Of a DNA stretch of 64,000 bases, positions 63,322 to 64,000 are shown piece after piece (position 1 is the stretch's first letter; every line of letters begins with the position of its first letter). The position numbers and the translations under genes are program-made. A model generated the notes under the pieces. It was not told the origin of the DNA. It worked only from the letters and a program-made list of their open reading frames with translations, and did no database searches. The stretch spans positions 8,556,001 to 8,620,000 of the forward strand of contig NC_092673.1 in NCBI RefSeq assembly GCF_964355755.1. The letters are read 5' to 3'. The stretch comes from Antedon mediterranea. Lineage: Eukaryota; Animalia; Echinodermata.

Positions 63322-64000
63322 CTATTCTTTCTTTTTCTTCTTTCTAAGTAAAATATATGTAGCAAATAAACCTGAAATAAAAAGGAGAAAAATATTATAA
63401 AGACAGTATTTTGATTTTCAATAGTTATTTGATTAATTTTTTTTTGCATCATCTATAACATCTCATACAAGGACATTTTTCCACCAAGCTTGTCAGGTGT
63501 GGAACATCCAAATAGACCTTGCCTCATTCCCCAATTAATTGTACCATTTCATCACTATACTATATACAATGTGCAAGCCCACTTGGTAAGCAATTGATCT
63601 TGGCATGCATATGTATTGTGCATGCAATTGATCTTTGCATGCATATGTATTGTGCATGCAATTGATCTTTGCATGCATATGTATTGTGCATGCAATTGAT
63701 CTTTGCATGCATATGTATTGTGCATGCAATGGATCTTTGCATGCATATGTATTGTGCATGCAATTGATCTTTGCATGCATATGTATTGTGCATGCAATTG
63801 ATCTTTGCATGCATATGTATTGCGCATGCAATTGATCTTTGCATGCATATGTATTGTGCAAATGATTATAGTGTTGACCTCATCATCTGTTAAAAATAAG
63901 GTTTACCTGTTCCAGCGAAAACTCCCTATTAACAATGACAAATACTTACTTAAAAGTAGGAGGACAATGACCCCTGCTATGACTGGAATGATTATAGCAT
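63322..64000 (-). CDS. Last two coding exons of a membrane protein with a C-terminal TM helix and KKKKKE tail (gene extends beyond window)
   Basis: 64000-63950 encodes AIIIPVIAGVIVLLLL followed by GTAAGT. The acceptor TTTCAG opens 63371-63322, giving SLFATYILLRKKKKKE* in matching phase 1. Confidence 0.65.
63591..63859. repeat. 34-bp minisatellite, about 8 copies
   Basis: Unit CAATTGATCTTTGCATGCATATGTATTGTGCATG. Confidence 0.95.

Noticed and set aside
63535-63861. Overlapping Cys/His/Met-rich ORFs
   Set aside because: Translation products of the 34-bp minisatellite.

Overview
AT-rich, intron-rich animal (invertebrate-like) genomic DNA; no prokaryotic features. I reconstructed five host genes by hand from GT-AG sites and frame continuity. 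(1) HMCES/SRAP abasic-site protein (+, 6 exons, 4402-8298; first coding exon not found). (2) A 19-exon receptor tyrosine kinase of about 1091 aa (-, 41435-10844): signal peptide, 2x[YWTD beta-propeller + EGF], TM, HGD-type tyrosine kinase, Tyr-rich tail. (3) Single-exon TMEM203 (-). (4) A 7-exon protein of about 472 aa with low-complexity/RGG regions and a matrin-type zinc finger (+, 54034-60311). (5) The last two coding exons of a membrane protein ending KKKKKE (-, window end). Introns and intergenic DNA hold many mobile elements: a near full-length RTEX-like LINE, a Penelope-like element with hammerhead ribozyme motifs (3 copies), a tRNA-like cloverleaf element in (TA)n, Helentron-associated elements, MITE/foldback elements, LINE remnants, and two minisatellites amplified from RT motifs. 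All family calls rest on motif recognition only; no database searches were run.
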